Assembly (NCBI GenBank): GCA_000091205.1
Contig: AP006499.2
Direction: 5' to 3' (one strand)
DNA length: 64,000 nucleotides
DNA from: Cyanidioschyzon merolae
Taxonomy: Eukaryota
The notes under the pieces are model-generated. The model was given only the letters and a program-made list of their open reading frames with translations, ran no database searches and was not told where the DNA came from. Of this stretch, positions 29,722 to 39,538 are shown piece after piece; positions within the stretch are counted from its first letter, which is position 1, and the number at the start of each line of letters is the position of its first letter. A program made the translations under genes and the position numbers.

Positions 29722-32457
29722 ATGATCCTGCAGCGAGTGCTGCGCTCAGCGCGGCCGGAGCGGTACGCTGGCAGCCTCGAGCGACTCACTCGTCTGACGC
29801 AGCGTCGACAGTGGACGCTTCCTTTGCGACAGTCTCGCGGGTTTAGCAGCGAGTCTGATGCCGCCGCAGCGGAGAACAAAGAGCCACCAAGCCAACCCAG
29901 TGAGCATTCTGCAAGTGACGCTGTTGCGCAGCCGCCTTCGATTGTGCAACGGGTCCCGTTTCGGGAGCTGGTACTGCCTTGCATCCCGCTGTACCGTCGG
30001 CCGCTCTTTCCCGGAATTGTTGCGCCAATTCTGGTCCAAGACTCGGCTGCATGTGAGGCGTTCCTTGCAATGAAGGATGGTGGTAACCGGTTCGCTGGCC
30101 TCTTCCTCCATAAAAGCGCAGGTCAGGGTCGCCAACAGGGTGGCGGCGAAGCGCCCGGGGGCATCACCGCGCTCCCCGCTGACGGACTCTTGCGCGGAGC
30201 GCCGGATCCGGATCAACTGTTCAAAGTTGGGGTTATTGGTGAACTGCTGCGTATGGCTCCGCGACCGAAGGGTCTCGAGCTCACCTATATGTGTCACCAT
30301 CGAATCCGCGCCACCGGGGTTGCTCGCCGCGAGGCGTTGCTGTTCCTCCACACGGAGCCCGTCCAGGAGGAGAAGGTGGAACAGACCACCTCCATTCGAG
30401 CGTATTCTCTTGCGGTAGTTGAAACACTGCGAGAGCTCTTGTCTGCGGGATCGCTGTACAAGGAACAACTGGAGCTGCTGCTCGAATCCGTGGATGTGAA
30501 CAACCCCTATCATCTTGCAGATCTGGGCGCTTGCCTCGCCTCGACAGCAGACGCTGCCGCTTTGCAAGAAATTCTCGAAGAGCCACGACTGGAAGAGCGT
30601 TTGAGCAAAACTCTTGGACTTCTCAAATCCGAGCTGGAGACCATTCGCGTGCAACGCAAGATCAGTCGGCAAATCGAAGAGAACGTCTCCAATGCGCAGC
30701 GCAAGTTCTTTCTCAACGAGCAATTGAAGTACATTCGCAAAGAACTTGGCTTAGAGAAGGATGAGCGCGAGTCAGTGAAATCCAAACTTTTGGCTCGACT
30801 GGAGCAGAAGCAAGTACCAAAGCAGGCGGCCAGCGTCATCGACGAAGAGATGCAGAAACTGAGCGCCTTGGACCCGGCCAGCTCCGAGTACAATGTGACG
30901 CGCAACTACCTCGACTGGCTGACCATCATACCCTGGGGTGTCTACTCGCAGGATAACCTCGATATCCAGAATGTACGTGCGGTGCTAGACGAGGATCACT
31001 ATGGAATGGATGATGTGAAGAAGCGGATTCAGGAATTCATCGCCATTGGCAAACTCAAGGGCACCGTCGAAGGCAAGATTCTACTGCTGAGCGGACCCCC
31101 CGGGGTCGGCAAGACAACCATTGGCAAGTCCATCGCTCGCGCACTGGGCCGCAAGTGCTACCGTTTCTCCGTCGGCGGTATGAGCGACGTCGCTGAAATC
31201 AAAGGTCATCGGCGAACGTACGTGGGCGCTATGCCCGGCAAGTTCATCCAAGCGCTCAAAGTTGCGCAGACTCAGAATCCGCTCATTCTCATCGACGAAA
31301 TCGACAAACTCGGCCGAGGCTGGCAAGGAGATCCCTCGTCGGCACTCCTCGAAGCACTGGATCCCGAGCAGAATAACGCTTTCCTGGATCATTATCTGGA
31401 TGTGCCGGTGGATCTCAGCAAAACCCTCTTCATCTGCACGGCCAACGTAATCGATTCGATCCCGTCACCGCTTCTAGACCGCATGGAAAACATCTCCCTA
31501 CCTGGATATATTCTGGAGGAAAAAGTTGCCATTGCCCGACGCCACCTGGTACCGCAGGCTCGCAAGGCAGCTGGCCTTACAGCTCGTCAACTGGTGATCC
31601 GTGAAGGCGCTCTGCGGGCGCTCGCACGCGATTACTGTCGCGAGGCTGGCGTCCGTAGTCTTCAAAAACAGATTGAACGCATCTGCCGCAAAGTAGCGCT
31701 GCAGATCGTGAACCAGGACATCGGCCAGATGGTTGTCAACAGCGAATCGCTCCCGGAACTCGTCGGAAAGCCCCCGTACGCAAGCGAGCTCGCTTATCGC
31801 CGCATGCCGTCTGGGGTAGCGCGGGGTCTCGCCTGGACACCTCTGGGCGGAGCAGTCCTCTACGTTGAGAGTATTGATACCGGGCATCAAGGTAGTGGAG
31901 GCGCTTTTACTGGTGGTCCACGCCTCCATACGACGGGCCAAATCGGCAGCGTCATGAAAGAGAGCAGCGATATTGCGCTCTCTTTCGCTAGACGCTTTCT
32001 CCAGGCCAAAGATCCAGCAAATCGCTTCTTTGAACGTGCCTATATCCATATGCACGTTCCCGAGGGTGCCACGCCCAAGGACGGACCCTCTGCCGGCTGC
32101 ACCATGGTGACGAGTCTGCTCTCGCTGGCGTTGAATCGACCGGTACCCAGCGACTTGGCCATGACTGGTGAGATGACACTCACTGGACGCATTCTGCCGG
32201 TTGGCGGCATTCGAGAAAAGGTTGTTGCGGCGAAACGTGCCGGGTTGAAGCGAGTCCTGTTACCCCAGCAGAATATCAGAGACTGGGAAGAACTGCCCGA
32301 CTATATTCGTCGGGGCTTGGAGGTCTCGTTTGTCAGCTCCTACGACGACGTCTATCGCATTGCATTTGCCAGTGCTGGTGCCGGTGCCAGTGCCGGTGCT
32401 AGTGGACCAGCAGACGCCAACGCAGATGACGCACGAGAAACCACAGCGGTTGCGTGA
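29722..32457 (+). CDS. LON: Lon protease, mitochondrial type (presequence, Lon N-domain, AAA+ module, S16 protease domain)
   Basis: Walker A LLSGPPGVGKTTIGKSIARAL and Walker B LILIDEIDKLG, the sensor region, and the protease block PKDGPSAGCTMVTSLLSLALNRPV with the catalytic Ser. The N-terminus MILQRVLRSARPERYAGSLERLTRLTQRR is presequence-like. The ORF track start at 29680 is TTG. Confidence 0.9.
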   Translation: MILQRVLRSARPERYAGSLERLTRLTQRRQWTLPLRQSRGFSSESDAAAAENKEPPSQPSEHSASDAVAQPPSIVQRVPFRELVLPCIPLYRRPLFPGIVAPILVQDSAACEAFLAMKDGGNRFAGLFLHKSAGQGRQQGGGEAPGGITALPADGLLRGAPDPDQLFKVGVIGELLRMAPRPKGLELTYMCHHRIRATGVARREALLFLHTEPVQEEKVEQTTSIRAYSLAVVETLRELLSAGSLYKEQLELLLESVDVNNPYHLADLGACLASTADAAALQEILEEPRLEERLSKTLGLLKSELETIRVQRKISRQIEENVSNAQRKFFLNEQLKYIRKELGLEKDERESVKSKLLARLEQKQVPKQAASVIDEEMQKLSALDPASSEYNVTRNYLDWLTIIPWGVYSQDNLDIQNVRAVLDEDHYGMDDVKKRIQEFIAIGKLKGTVEGKILLLSGPPGVGKTTIGKSIARALGRKCYRFSVGGMSDVAEIKGHRRTYVGAMPGKFIQALKVAQTQNPLILIDEIDKLGRGWQGDPSSALLEALDPEQNNAFLDHYLDVPVDLSKTLFICTANVIDSIPSPLLDRMENISLPGYILEEKVAIARRHLVPQARKAAGLTARQLVIREGALRALARDYCREAGVRSLQKQIERICRKVALQIVNQDIGQMVVNSESLPELVGKPPYASELAYRRMPSGVARGLAWTPLGGAVLYVESIDTGHQGSGGAFTGGPRLHTTGQIGSVMKESSDIALSFARRFLQAKDPANRFFERAYIHMHVPEGATPKDGPSAGCTMVTSLLSLALNRPVPSDLAMTGEMTLTGRILPVGGIREKVVAAKRAGLKRVLLPQQNIRDWEELPDYIRRGLEVSFVSSYDDVYRIAFASAGAGASAGASGPADANADDARETTAVA
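32371..32404. repeat. (GGTGCC)n hexanucleotide repeat translated as (Ala-Gly) repeats at the Lon C-terminus
   Basis: agtgctggtgccggtgccagtgccggtgctagtg encodes SAGAGASAGAS. Confidence 0.8.
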
Positions 32458-32555
32458 GCGCGCTCTCGAGGTACGACCAGTGAACGATTGCTGTTCCAGG
32501 AGCGTATACACTCCAGAGGCATATGCTGGTCGCTTTACGCCTTAAACAGAAGATG

Positions 32556-32607
32556 CGACGACGACGACGACGACGACGACTGCTGCTGCTGCTGCTGCTG
32601 CTGCTGC
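32556..32607. repeat. Compound microsatellite (GAC)8(TGC)9 in the Lon/PolE convergent 3' spacer
   Basis: gacgacgacgacgacgacgacgactgctgctgctgctgctgctgctgctgct read directly. Confidence 0.9.
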
Positions 32608-32696
32608 TATGCATATCGTCCATTCATGCATCGTGCTAGAGAATGCAGTTCGTACGTGAACGCGAGGCGTTGACGCGGGAATTCTTGTTCGTGCTG

Positions 32697-32736
32697 TGCG
32701 TGTGTGTGTGTGTGCGTCACATACACACACACACGC
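32697..32736. repeat. (TG)n ... (CA)n inverted dinucleotide repeats (hairpin-capable)
   Basis: tgtgcgtgtgtgtgtgtgtgcgtcacatacacacacacacgc; the two arms are reverse complements. Confidence 0.7.
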
Positions 32737-32866
32737 TCGATATTGCATCTGGTCCGGTTCTTGCAATTGTGTAGAATCAGAGGCTAGGGTGGCCACTGCT
32801 CTTGAAACGCTTGTTTTCCGTGCCGCCCGGGGATTGCAGCGCATGCCAGACCAACTGCGAAACGAT

Positions 32867-35800
32867 TCACGTGCATGGAGTCGGGTTCCAGAACGCGAAC
32901 AAAGACTGCAGTGCTCGACTGGTGGTGCATGTTTCCCAGCGACTTGTCGTGCAACTGCCGCTGCACTCGCATTGATCGCTGAGCAGACGGCCCTGGGCTG
33001 TGCCGCAGCGATCGCACAAACCATCCTGAACGAGATAGGTTTGTAAAAGCGCGGATAAACGTCCCGCGACTCGGTACCGAAGTTGTGCTTCCGATAACGG
33101 ACACGCACATATACGACAGCTTCGCGTTGACAAAGCTTCCGTCGTCTGACTCGACGCAAGCTGGGCCACATTCACTGCAAAGCACCGGCTGCAGACAATA
33201 GGGTCAAGAACGATGACCCGATGGCTAGCGTCCAGCGATTTCGCTTTGTACGCAAACGGACTGCATTTGAGGAAGCGGAAGACCGCATGCTCAACTCCGA
33301 GTAGCGCCTCTTGCCATGGACGATAGAGTAGCAGGAGGCGGAAGAGCCAGTGCGCATCCTGGGCTGCTGCCTGAGGCTCCCGATCAAGCGACCATTGCTT
33401 CACAAGGAAAAAGATTTGATCGGCAGCCAAGGGCGTGAGCGCCGCTGGGGCGGCACGAGCGCCCACGGTGCCGGCTGCTGTCACATGGGGAGCGCGGCCC
33501 TGGCCCTCTTGTCCAGCAAGGGCGAGATGCTGGAGCAGGCCCTGGGCCAAGGCCGCAAACTGTTTGCGGGCAGGCGCACTCCAGTGCTCCGCATCGCGCC
33601 AGCTGTACTCGAGCCGATACGACAGCGCAACGTTCCCATTTGCTGTTCCGTTTGGTATAGCTCCTGCCTCTGTTGTTGTTGTTGTTGTTGTTGTCGTCGT
33701 CGTCGTCGTCGGTGCTTCTGCTTCGGTCTGGACTGGCGTCGTTTCCATGGTCCATGCCCAGTAGTGATCGGAATCGTGCCAGAATGCCGCGCGTATGTAG
33801 CGAAGCACAGGCGCAAAAATGAGGCGCCGCAGCACCGGCCGCGTGCGGCACGACTCGAGCAGGAACCGACAGTAGGCTTTTGCTTCGGATAGCTGTCGCC
33901 GGTGCGTGCAGAGCATCAGCCGGAACGGCGTCGCGTGGATCACAGAGGCATTCATTTCGGCAAGTGTTTCCATGAGATGGTGAAAAGTCTTCCGAATGAG
34001 ATGCAGCAGCTCAGCACAGAGCATGCGACTTGTCCGACCCGCAAGGCCTCGAACGATCCACCGATGCAAGTGACTCGTTAAGAGCGCTGCGCTCTGGTCC
34101 CCGTTCGCTTCGAGGCCGACCCAGGTCTGCACCAGCGGCCGAAGAACTTGTACCAGCAAGCTACCGGACGGTGCTTGTGAGCGATCCATCGCGTAGAGCG
34201 TATCAGCTTCGAGAATGGCAACCAGTGGCAAGTCTTGAATCTCCAGATCAATGCAAATACCCGAATACGCACCCGGAACCGACACCTGGGGCCAGGTCTC
34301 AGCGTCGCTCGTGGTATCCACATCCAAGGCCAGGGAGTCACCTCGATGAAGCCAGTCCAGCGGCCAGCCTCGCTGCAGCAGCGCCCTCGCCACGGCCACA
34401 TCAAGCGTCTCTGCAACCAGGTCGCCACTGAGGTTGCCGATCGGCACCCCATATAGGTCACTGAGTTGGAAACGCAGCGGCAGCTGAGCGCACAGCGCTG
34501 TCACTCGCTGCAGGGTGCGCTGCATGGCTGGTGCCTCCCAGCCAGTCGGCTGATAAGAGCAATCCGCGGCGACGTGCGGTACCACAGCGAGCGGGTAATT
34601 GTTCAGCGCCGGAACACGGCGGCGCATCAGCGCGACGGGCACGGCAGTCTGCAGAAACAACAACGGTGGCCGAGCCCCCCCGGGGAAACGATTCGCTAAC
34701 GTGAGTCCGAGCAGGCGGAGGCCTCGCTTCCAGTCCTGAGCGTGAATAATCTCCGTCTGATTGAGTGCGTTTCCGAGCGTTTGCAGTGAACCATCGCCAT
34801 GGACGCTGCTTTCGTGTCGCAGGCGCATCAAGGTGGATCGCGTTTCAGCGTCGGATCGGAACGAACCGACCAGGATCAGAATGATGCGGTCGGGACTGAA
34901 GATGACCCAAATGCCGCGGCCAGAACGGTCTTTTGCGTGACTACCGCAGACTATGATCCATGAAGGAGAAGCGAAGTCTGCGGGCTTCCGTTTCTCGACC
35001 GAGTCCAGGTCGGTGAGCGCGATGCCCTGCAGCTGAAGCGCACGTAACGTCTGTTTGGCTGCATCCGGTTTCAGCACACAAACAATGCCCAGCGAGGCAA
35101 CGGCAAGCAAGAGCGGTGACACCTGCACACCATAAAGTCCAACCAGATAGCCAGCGTGTAGACAGAGAGCGTCCCGGGCCATTGTGGTCAACTGGGCCTC
35201 GCTGACGCTCGCGTCACGGACGGTGAGCGTGTGCACGGCAAGCTCGTCACTGCACCAGGCTCTGTTCCTGCTCGTTTCGATCGGTTGACCCAGTGCGTCG
35301 GGCGGGAGTCTGCGGTAGAGCAACCAGAGTTCGTGCGGCACGTGGACAGGCAGCGAGAGCACACGTCCCCTGCTCGTTTGGAACCAAACTCGACATGTTT
35401 GGAAAGTTCCTGTTTCGCGAATACCAAGGACGAGAAGCGGTTCGACAAGGTCGGCGTGCTCGAGAACCAGTCCGCTGAGGCGGCAACGTAGACCTGCTGG
35501 GTGCGCTGCTGCACTTCTCCTGGCTCGCCGCTGGCGGACCCAGAGACGCCACTGCGGCTTGGCAACCGCTTCAAGCCACTGCTGGTACGATATCGGTCGC
35601 AATGACGGCGGCTCGCCACGGGCTGCTGCGTCCGAATGAGGTCGACAACGGCCTGGCTGAACCACCTGTTGCACACCGGCCCGAAACGGAGCCAAACGTG
35701 AACCTGATGCGTCACGCTCAGTAACTTGTTCCTGAGCGCTATGAGCAAACCCAACCGACGTACCAGCAGCAGTCCACTTCAACGAGGTGCTCACAGTCTC

Positions 35801-38800
35801 AAGTACGGTACGAGCAAGGTCAACCGACGACGTAGCACCAGCGGCACCAGCGGCACCAGCGGCAACTGCTGCGTTCAACAAAGACGTGTTCGCAATGCCG
35901 CGAGCATCGCTGCAAGGCTGCCTGCGCGGCAACGGTCCGGTTTTGACGACAACGATATCCTCGAGGTCGGGTGTGGCCTTCTGGTCGGCTCTGAAGAAGC
36001 TCTTCAACGTAGTTTGCTTCTGCGCGCAGGCAAGGTCTCGCAAGCGCCGTCGCAACCAGTCGGGATGCTCAATACGAGGCACCGGATTCGGTACGCCTTG
36101 GCAAGCTGCTGGAATGGAAATGATCCGCTGCACGGTGTTCGCGAGGCGGCCGCGATAATAATCCCAGTCCAGGATTTCGCGGAAATTGTACACGGGCTCC
36201 CGTAACCACTTGCGCAACAAAGCCTGGCGTTGCTCGAGGTCTGCGGAAAAGATCTGCACGGGAATAGCTCGCTCCGTCACTTGCGTTCCCAGAGGATACC
36301 GCGCAATCACGTAGCGACAGGCGAGGCCCTTGTCGCGAACCATGTCCTTGCCCAAGAATTCCTGTATCCGTTTCGCACAGGTTATTGCGCTGCTCTTCTG
36401 GCCAGCTTGTATGTATGCTGCTAGCGGCTTGCTCATATGTGTCTGCTCTGCAACGAGTTCGAGAAGCTCAGCATCACTGAGCAGGCCGCCATTACTGTCG
36501 AGCACATCGAGCCAGAGGTTCGCAGTCTCGCCAACGGCAGCATAGCATTCGGCTAGGGTGCTGCCTTCTAAAAAACGCCCAAAGATCTCACTCTGAAGCA
36601 CCTTGATCAGTTTCAGTTCGCCTCTTCTTTTCAGCTCAAAACCTTTGATTTCGGCGAGACTCCCATCGCGCTGGAATACGGCGTAACGTTTCTTGATGCT
36701 TTTCCCCTCCTCGCGACTGGCGGGGAGTACCATCGCTCGATATGGTCCGTCTATCTCGAAAAAGATACTAAACTCGGAGCGCTGCTTGTATGTTCCCTCG
36801 TCCGGTGACCACTCCTGGTATTGATGGTTCGTATACTGTGCGGCGACTTTGGTGTTGAGAACGGTGCAGAGCAAAGAAATGGAAATCTCTCGACCACTGC
36901 GAGTATGGAGTGTTATGTCGTTCGGAAAGGTAGCTGGGATCGCGCACCATATACCGTCAGTGTCGAGCTCAAGTGGCAAGCCGACGCGCTCGATCCACTC
37001 GCGGGCGAGGCGAATGATACTCGCACCGGTCTGTGTGACAACACCCGCCATTTCCATGGAGTACCAGCGAGCAGCTCTGCGCATGACGTAGCCGTAAAAG
37101 GAGTTCAGGATACACTTGTGCGCGAGTTGCATTGAATCATAGACGATGCACATGTTGCGCGCTTCGATGGAGGCGCCGCCGCTTTCCGCCAGCGCTTTGC
37201 GCCACTGCTTGAGTAGCCGCTTGTATTCGTAGCGACGGTCCCGAAACGCTCGCACGGTGTCTACGTAGAAGGGATTCTCGCGCTGACATATCCAGGCTTC
37301 TCGCGTCTGAACGGTCGGTTCGAGGACTCTTTTGTGGACCTTCATGCAGTACTCCCGTAGTCGTTTCCTGTACATGGCCTCAGCGTCATCATCCGAAACT
37401 TTCTCTCCTTGCCGTCGACGGGCCCGTACGGTCGTCAGGACTGAGGCGCGGATACTCTGCACCTCTCCAATGGTTGCAGGATAGCACTCTCCTCGCCAGA
37501 CCCAGTGCATCTTGCGGCGGCAGTCAGACGTGCCGTTAAAATCACAGGCTGCGCAAGTTTCCCGCGTGACGCAAGCGTGCGGCTGCAACCGGTTCGTCAG
37601 GATAATATTCGGGTACATGGCGCCCACATCCAGGTGGAGAATCAGGGGGCGCTCCTGCAGCAGCGGCTGCTCGGCAAGGCGTTTGAGTCGTTCCGCGAGG
37701 TCTGCCCGCACATTTTCATAGTCCGTAATTTCCTCCAGATGCAAATCCTGTTCACGCTCGATTGCGAACTGAAGGAACTGGTCCAAGTTTTCTTGCAGCT
37801 CCCGAACAGCCGCTGTGTCAATTCTGAATGGGATGGGAAGGTCTGCACGGTAGATACCTGACTGCAGTGCCTCAACATGTCCACCAATGTAGGTCTCATT
37901 GGCGAGCAAGCGGCTTTGAAACGTTCGTTCTGTCGCATTGTTTTTGAACTTGTTTGGAGCTACGATGTTTCTCCGATGGGCCTCACACATCAAGAGGCTT
38001 TCGCAGAGAGTGCCCGAGCCTTTTCGAAGAACATCATCCGGTCCAAATGGCAAAATGTTGCACAACGAAAATATGAAAGGTTGGACATACTTCATATACA
38101 ACTGATAGGTGGCGACTGCATCGGACACCGAGTAGGCAGCGAGTTCCTGAGGCCGTGTCCGCGCAGCTGTTAGCATCTCCTCGGGGTCGAGTTCGTGCGG
38201 TTCGTAACCTAGCAAAGCCCTGGTCACTGCTTTGAGACCACGGGAGCCTTGCGGAAGGTAGCTATCTCGATTCACCCAATGGATGCAATCCATGTGGACT
38301 GCAGCGCGTCCGCGGCATAAGCCTCTTGCTGCCGAGAACGACATTCCGATCTTGTCCAGAATGTTGATGCCTAGACGGCTAGCACGGACATGCACGAAAA
38401 ACCAATCGAAGGCGTCTCCGTTGTACGTTACGTAGACCCGCGGTTGTGCGGCTCGCGCCTCGGCGAAAAAGCGCCGCAGTAGCGATGCTTCATCGGGTTC
38501 GTTGAAGACGACAAAGCTAGATTCAAACTCAGGCTTCGGAGCGTATGTAAACCCGTGGATGTCCTCTGCTATGATCTGGCGATTTACGCCTAGATAGCCT
38601 CGGCCGTCTAACATCCATGAAATCATCATGATTTCATCATCCGCATATGGGTCGGGAAACTTCAGCGGGGCCTTGGTGCACTCGATGTCGTACGCGAGCA
38701 CGGTAGGATTCGCACGCTCGACGAGCTCGGACAAGAGGTGTAATTTTGGAGCAGCCCCTCCCGAGGATAATGAATGTTCCACGCGATACCAATAACCGCA

Positions 38801-39538
38801 GCGAATGTCGCAATCGATGCAGACCCGCGTCACATAGGGGACGTCGTATTCGCGGAGTTCCACGATGTTTTCGTACGGATCTGTTCGACGAATCCGCTGT
38901 GCCGCGCTCGAGAGGGAAGCGGATGCGTCTGTACTGAGATCCCCAGGTATGAGGCTGGGGTTTTGCTTACCATTCGCATAGGACAGCAAATGACTGCGGA
39001 TTCTTACCAAATCATCGGTTGTAAACGTTTCCACACGAAGGAACAAACGTCGGGCTCGCGTCGCCAAATGATTGAGCATATCCAGGTCCTCGAGTTCGGC
39101 CCGATGAATCCCACTGAGCACATCGCTGAAATCCCGTTTCAGCGCCGACTCTACATCAGTCTCCTTTCCTGGTGTACATCCCACATAGAAATAAGGCCTA
39201 TAACACAGCGTCACACGAAAGTCGCCACCACCTTCATCCCCGGAAAGGAAGTAACAATCCAATGCGCTCACTTGGCGGCCACTCGCTGGGTCATGTACGG
39301 CTGCAACGGCCACATTTAGCAACCATCCGATCCTTTCTGGTGCTCGAAAACCGTCCAGAACCGGGGGCAATGGGAAAAATCCAGCCATCCGATCCCGAGC
39401 ATCCAGCGCAGCTCGCGAGTCTCTTTCTACCTGCGTGTCGTGCGCAGGCAACGTCCGCACGTCCACTTCAGCGTCTTCATCTTCAGCCCCAGAGGAAAGT
39501 TGTTCCTCATCAGGGTCAAGATACCCGTCCAGTGCCAT
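32867..39538 (-). CDS. POLE: DNA polymerase epsilon catalytic subunit (Pol2/POLE) as one uninterrupted ~2220-codon ORF
   Basis: Pol-epsilon-specific blocks: RMAGFFPLPPV...RIGWLLN (N-terminus), exonuclease motifs, LHLDVGAMYPNIILTNRLQP, CAACDFN...WVWRGE, ELDTDGIWC, and C-terminal Cys clusters (CRICACPLS..., CDRCG..CECSGSC). The ORF track start at 39601 is GTG; the first ATG is at 39538. Confidence 0.9.
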   Translation of the reverse strand: MALDGYLDPDEEQLSSGAEDEDAEVDVRTLPAHDTQVERDSRAALDARDRMAGFFPLPPVLDGFRAPERIGWLLNVAVAAVHDPASGRQVSALDCYFLSGDEGGGDFRVTLCYRPYFYVGCTPGKETDVESALKRDFSDVLSGIHRAELEDLDMLNHLATRARRLFLRVETFTTDDLVRIRSHLLSYANGKQNPSLIPGDLSTDASASLSSAAQRIRRTDPYENIVELREYDVPYVTRVCIDCDIRCGYWYRVEHSLSSGGAAPKLHLLSELVERANPTVLAYDIECTKAPLKFPDPYADDEIMMISWMLDGRGYLGVNRQIIAEDIHGFTYAPKPEFESSFVVFNEPDEASLLRRFFAEARAAQPRVYVTYNGDAFDWFFVHVRASRLGINILDKIGMSFSAARGLCRGRAAVHMDCIHWVNRDSYLPQGSRGLKAVTRALLGYEPHELDPEEMLTAARTRPQELAAYSVSDAVATYQLYMKYVQPFIFSLCNILPFGPDDVLRKGSGTLCESLLMCEAHRRNIVAPNKFKNNATERTFQSRLLANETYIGGHVEALQSGIYRADLPIPFRIDTAAVRELQENLDQFLQFAIEREQDLHLEEITDYENVRADLAERLKRLAEQPLLQERPLILHLDVGAMYPNIILTNRLQPHACVTRETCAACDFNGTSDCRRKMHWVWRGECYPATIGEVQSIRASVLTTVRARRRQGEKVSDDDAEAMYRKRLREYCMKVHKRVLEPTVQTREAWICQRENPFYVDTVRAFRDRRYEYKRLLKQWRKALAESGGASIEARNMCIVYDSMQLAHKCILNSFYGYVMRRAARWYSMEMAGVVTQTGASIIRLAREWIERVGLPLELDTDGIWCAIPATFPNDITLHTRSGREISISLLCTVLNTKVAAQYTNHQYQEWSPDEGTYKQRSEFSIFFEIDGPYRAMVLPASREEGKSIKKRYAVFQRDGSLAEIKGFELKRRGELKLIKVLQSEIFGRFLEGSTLAECYAAVGETANLWLDVLDSNGGLLSDAELLELVAEQTHMSKPLAAYIQAGQKSSAITCAKRIQEFLGKDMVRDKGLACRYVIARYPLGTQVTERAIPVQIFSADLEQRQALLRKWLREPVYNFREILDWDYYRGRLANTVQRIISIPAACQGVPNPVPRIEHPDWLRRRLRDLACAQKQTTLKSFFRADQKATPDLEDIVVVKTGPLPRRQPCSDARGIANTSLLNAAVAAGAAGAAGATSSVDLARTVLETVSTSLKWTAAGTSVGFAHSAQEQVTERDASGSRLAPFRAGVQQVVQPGRCRPHSDAAARGEPPSLRPISYQQWLEAVAKPQWRLWVRQRRARRSAAAHPAGLRCRLSGLVLEHADLVEPLLVLGIRETGTFQTCRVWFQTSRGRVLSLPVHVPHELWLLYRRLPPDALGQPIETSRNRAWCSDELAVHTLTVRDASVSEAQLTTMARDALCLHAGYLVGLYGVQVSPLLLAVASLGIVCVLKPDAAKQTLRALQLQGIALTDLDSVEKRKPADFASPSWIIVCGSHAKDRSGRGIWVIFSPDRIILILVGSFRSDAETRSTLMRLRHESSVHGDGSLQTLGNALNQTEIIHAQDWKRGLRLLGLTLANRFPGGARPPLLFLQTAVPVALMRRRVPALNNYPLAVVPHVAADCSYQPTGWEAPAMQRTLQRVTALCAQLPLRFQLSDLYGVPIGNLSGDLVAETLDVAVARALLQRGWPLDWLHRGDSLALDVDTTSDAETWPQVSVPGAYSGICIDLEIQDLPLVAILEADTLYAMDRSQAPSGSLLVQVLRPLVQTWVGLEANGDQSAALLTSHLHRWIVRGLAGRTSRMLCAELLHLIRKTFHHLMETLAEMNASVIHATPFRLMLCTHRRQLSEAKAYCRFLLESCRTRPVLRRLIFAPVLRYIRAAFWHDSDHYWAWTMETTPVQTEAEAPTTTTTTTTTTTTTEAGAIPNGTANGNVALSYRLEYSWRDAEHWSAPARKQFAALAQGLLQHLALAGQEGQGRAPHVTAAGTVGARAAPAALTPLAADQIFFLVKQWSLDREPQAAAQDAHWLFRLLLLYRPWQEALLGVEHAVFRFLKCSPFAYKAKSLDASHRVIVLDPIVCSRCFAVNVAQLASSQTTEALSTRSCRICACPLSEAQLRYRVAGRLSALLQTYLVQDGLCDRCGTAQGRLLSDQCECSGSCTTSRWETCTTSRALQSLFAFWNPTPCT
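33669..33712. repeat. (TGT)n(CGT)n tract translated as a 13-residue poly-Thr insertion in PolE
   Basis: tgttgttgttgttgttgttgttgtcgtcgtcgtcgtcgtc on the plus strand; it encodes ...APTTTTTTTTTTTTTEAG on the minus strand. Confidence 0.85.

Noticed and set aside
33350-36205. Multiple plus-strand ORFs of 100-188 aa inside the POLE locus
   Set aside because: All are antisense to, or out of frame with, the continuous 2220-codon Pol epsilon ORF. No domains were found.
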